Source of the DNA: Camelus ferus
Lineage: Eukaryota
Length of the DNA: 64,000 nt
Direction: 5' to 3'
NCBI RefSeq assembly: GCF_009834535.1
Contig: NC_045697.1
Coordinates: 101,806,001-101,870,000 of the forward strand
Shown here: positions 61,251 to 64,000 of the stretch, one piece after another
Numbering within the stretch: position 1 is the stretch's first letter
How the letters are laid out: every line of letters starts with the position of its first letter
Position numbers and translations under genes: made by a program
Notes under the pieces: generated by a model
Database searches by the model: none
What the model saw: the letters and a program-made list of their open reading frames with translations, nothing else
Told to the model about the DNA's origin: nothing

Positions 61251-62599
61251 CTTACAGAATGGGTACTTACAATGCAAATACTCCAAGCATTACGGCTATT
61301 TAATTTGGCAGTCTGATCTAAATATATTTCCATTGGGATCCATGGACTAACTCCACATGCTGTTCTCTTTTGACGTTAATGTATTGGCCAAAGTTAATCT
61401 TGAAACCCTGAGATTGGACATTGGTATGGGAATGTGGTGCTTTTAAGCTACTACAAACTGTAGACCTGCTGATGGGTTCTTATCACTGCATCATTTATTC
61501 AACTTCAGATTGAAGTGACGATTGCACGTAAGAAAGGACAACAAAATTAATCTCTGTGCATAGTTCCTCTCAAGCAAACTTGCTTGTCATGGAAGTCCAG
61601 CAGTTAAAAATATTCTTCATACGACTTTTGTTTAAAATTGCTTTGAGTGTTTTGGAAGGTTTCTAGAAAACGTGTCCTTTTTTGACTGTTACTGCTCTGC
61701 AGGGCTGGTGAAGCCATGTGCAGCTTTCTCCGGGGCTACCAAGGCAGCAGGGATAAAAATAGGGCAAACTTTAAGAATCCCAGATATTTTCAGATAACAA
61801 AGGCTGATTTATGTGGACCCATTTTGTGCTCAGACAAAACATAGAGGAGCTTTTGTGCTGTGATTAGCAAGGGTGCTGATGTCAGTTCTCTTGTCGAGCA
61901 TCAAGCTTTATTCTGTGGCTAAATTGTGCTTTGTACCCTAATCCAGAGAACCTTTGTATCTGCCTTATTAAAGTGTGTAGTTTATGTAATTGCTTTTGTT
62001 TTCCAGTTTAATCTGTGCCAGATTCAGTGAGGGTGACTCATTTTGTGACTGAGACAAACATTCCCATTTGGAGCATGTTAAAAATAAATAAATAAGTGGC
62101 AGGTGCTGCTTGGCTAAATTCTGTGTTTTACTGCTGTAATTTCCTGCTGCAAGGGTTCATCGCTTAGATAATGTCTTCGCGGCCTCTGTAATCGCTAGCC
62201 CAATCTGTCTAGTGCCCTGCAACTCATTGCCGCTCATTTCTTGGCTATTTATCTCATTTTCCAAGGGCCTTTTAAATTTTAACCATATCATTTCAACCGG
62301 GGAGCCAAGAAATGGATGGGGGAGGGGGACACAGTCAGCTGGCACACAGAGTGACACATAAACTATAGCAAAAGGATATATTGCGTTCTTTCTTCTTTTT
62401 GTCATTTTCCCAAGGTGTTTTGTGCACATGTTTTGATAAAATTTAGTTACGTTTATTTTATTATGTATGGGTTTAGTATTGGAGCTCTTTTTCTTAAGTG
62501 GAACAGGTTTTGAAAGCATGCCTTTCTATTCAGTGCGGCCCATGCATCTAAACTAATTGTCTCAAAAATCTTACAACTTCATAGTCTTAGGGGAACTAT

Positions 62600-62960
62600 T
62601 TTATGTACAAATATTTCTAAATACCAAGCCCTGTGCTATGCAGTAAGTATGTAATGGCAAGTAAAGTAGACATGGTTACTATCTTCTTGGCCTTTACATT
62701 CTGCCTGGGGAGTTAAATACTAAATAAATAAATACAAAGAAAACTTGGATTGCAAAATTACAAAAATCACTACAGGGGTAAGTGATGGGGTCACTAAAAT
62801 CATGCCCTCCTCTGCATGGGTGGTGGCTGGGCTGAGGGTGGTCAGGAAAGGGAAGGCCTAAATGTCAAAGTCTGCCTGGCAAAGAGAGGAGAGAACATCC
62901 TGGACTTAAGGAACAGCATGTGCAAAGTCCCTGAGGCAGGAAACAAGTTTGGCATCCTAT
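62600..62960 (-). mobile_element. L2 fragment
   Basis: ccaagccctgtgctatgc...gtggtcaggaaagg...ggaacagcatgtgcaaagtccctgaggcaggaaacaagtttggca. Confidence 0.7.
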
Positions 62961-63721
62961 AAACCATATCATTAGAAGGGGAGAAGTGACAACTGATAAA
63001 ACTTCAGAGAAAAAAAATACTGTATTTAAAAATTTATGGATGAACTATACAAGCAGCAGTTTGGCACTATTCAGTATAGGAGCAAATGACCCTCCATACA
63101 GTCCAGCGGCCTGAGAGCTTCACTGAAGTGCAGTATAGAAATTAATGCCTGTAATACTTAGCTTATGTCATTGGGGAATGGATGAATTATGTTCCATGAA
63201 TTATGTAGTAAGGCATTTTAGAAAGATTCCTATGTAAGAATTAAATTTTTAAAAAGTTATCTGTGTTTAAAGACGGAGCCGTCACTATCTAGAGAAATCA
63301 CTTACTTACAAAAAGGTATGATTCCTTGATGGCCCTGGATAAATGACATAATACTGTATTTTCTTTTCTCTTTACTTCTCTATTAATTTGTTCAAGCTTA
63401 CTGCTTGATAGGAAGGTATCCATAAAGACATAACTTTACTAAGAGATGCTACTTATTTATTTTGAAGTAACATATTAACTGAATGGATTTTTAGAATGTA
63501 GAAACCAGTGCTAAATTTCATGTGAATTTAACACTTTATGACTTTTCAGTATTATCTAAGCCATCTGTAGAATTCCAACACTGCCGACTCCTGGACATCA
63601 GCTGATCATTTGCTTTTAACTTTGGGCTGCAGTCACACTAAAAAGTTAATTTAAAATCTTGATGATATTAAAGAACTGCATACATAATATTTTTAGGTCT
63701 TTGTAATTTTTCCACTTTGAA

Positions 63722-63809
63722 TTTTTTTTTAAATGGAGGTACTGGGGATTGAACCCAGGACTTTGTGCATGCTAAGCACGGGCTCTATCACTGAGCTGTA
63801 CCCTCCCCC
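63722..63809 (-). mobile_element. Vic-1-type SINE, short form
   Basis: tttaaatggaggtactggggattgaacccaggactttgtgcatgctaagcacgggctctatcactgagctgtaccctccccc; TSD atttttc(c/t)actt at 63706-63717 and 63810-63821. Confidence 0.93.
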
Positions 63810-64000
63810 ATTTTTCTACTTATCTTCTTATTTAAGGATTGCATAAGTTTTTCCATGAAGGAATATGTGTCCATTTAGCAATATTTCTGCATATATTTTC
63901 CCAGGGTTGCTATATTCTCAAGTACTTTCATGTATGGGGTAAGTGTTTTCTTCATAATTAGTAAACTCCTTGAGAGTAGGAATCCTGAATTAGCTATTTG

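Noticed and set aside
7458..62040. Multiple AP-1 (TGAG/CTCA) heptamers
   Set aside because: The number I noticed (about ten) is near chance expectation for a 7-mer on two strands of 64 kb.
1..64000. A novel multi-gene system, operon, CRISPR array or prokaryotic defence locus
   Set aside because: The DNA is mammalian and repeat-rich. There are no long ORFs, no gene-dense organisation and no regularly spaced repeat-spacer array.

Overview
This is mammalian, almost certainly camelid (camel/alpaca/llama), non-coding genomic DNA. The evidence is nine copies of a tRNA-Ala(AGC)-derived SINE matching the camelid Vic-1 type, several 5'-truncated L1 3' ends with target-site duplications (TSDs), and ancient eutherian repeats (MER20, MER5, MER58, MER2, MER3, MER81, MER103, Tigger5/MER47, MaLR/ERVL LTRs, L2, MIR). 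I recognise no full protein-coding gene, and no bacterial-type operon, CRISPR array or CpG island. The only ORFs I can assign are L1 ORF2 C-terminal remnants. The window looks like part of a large intron, probably of a + strand gene; this is inferred weakly from L1 antisense bias and one good 21-nt microexon candidate at 57228-57248. I found no support for a new multi-gene system. The best observations are: a complex locally templated insertion that splits a MER3 fossil (54457-54726, copied from 56299-56470), the candidate microexon, an inverted SINE pair, an NRF2/NF-E2 ARE-containing palindrome cluster, and a consensus CTCF site. Repeat family names come from my recall of consensus sequences, not from a database search. 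Boundaries of old repeats are approximate.
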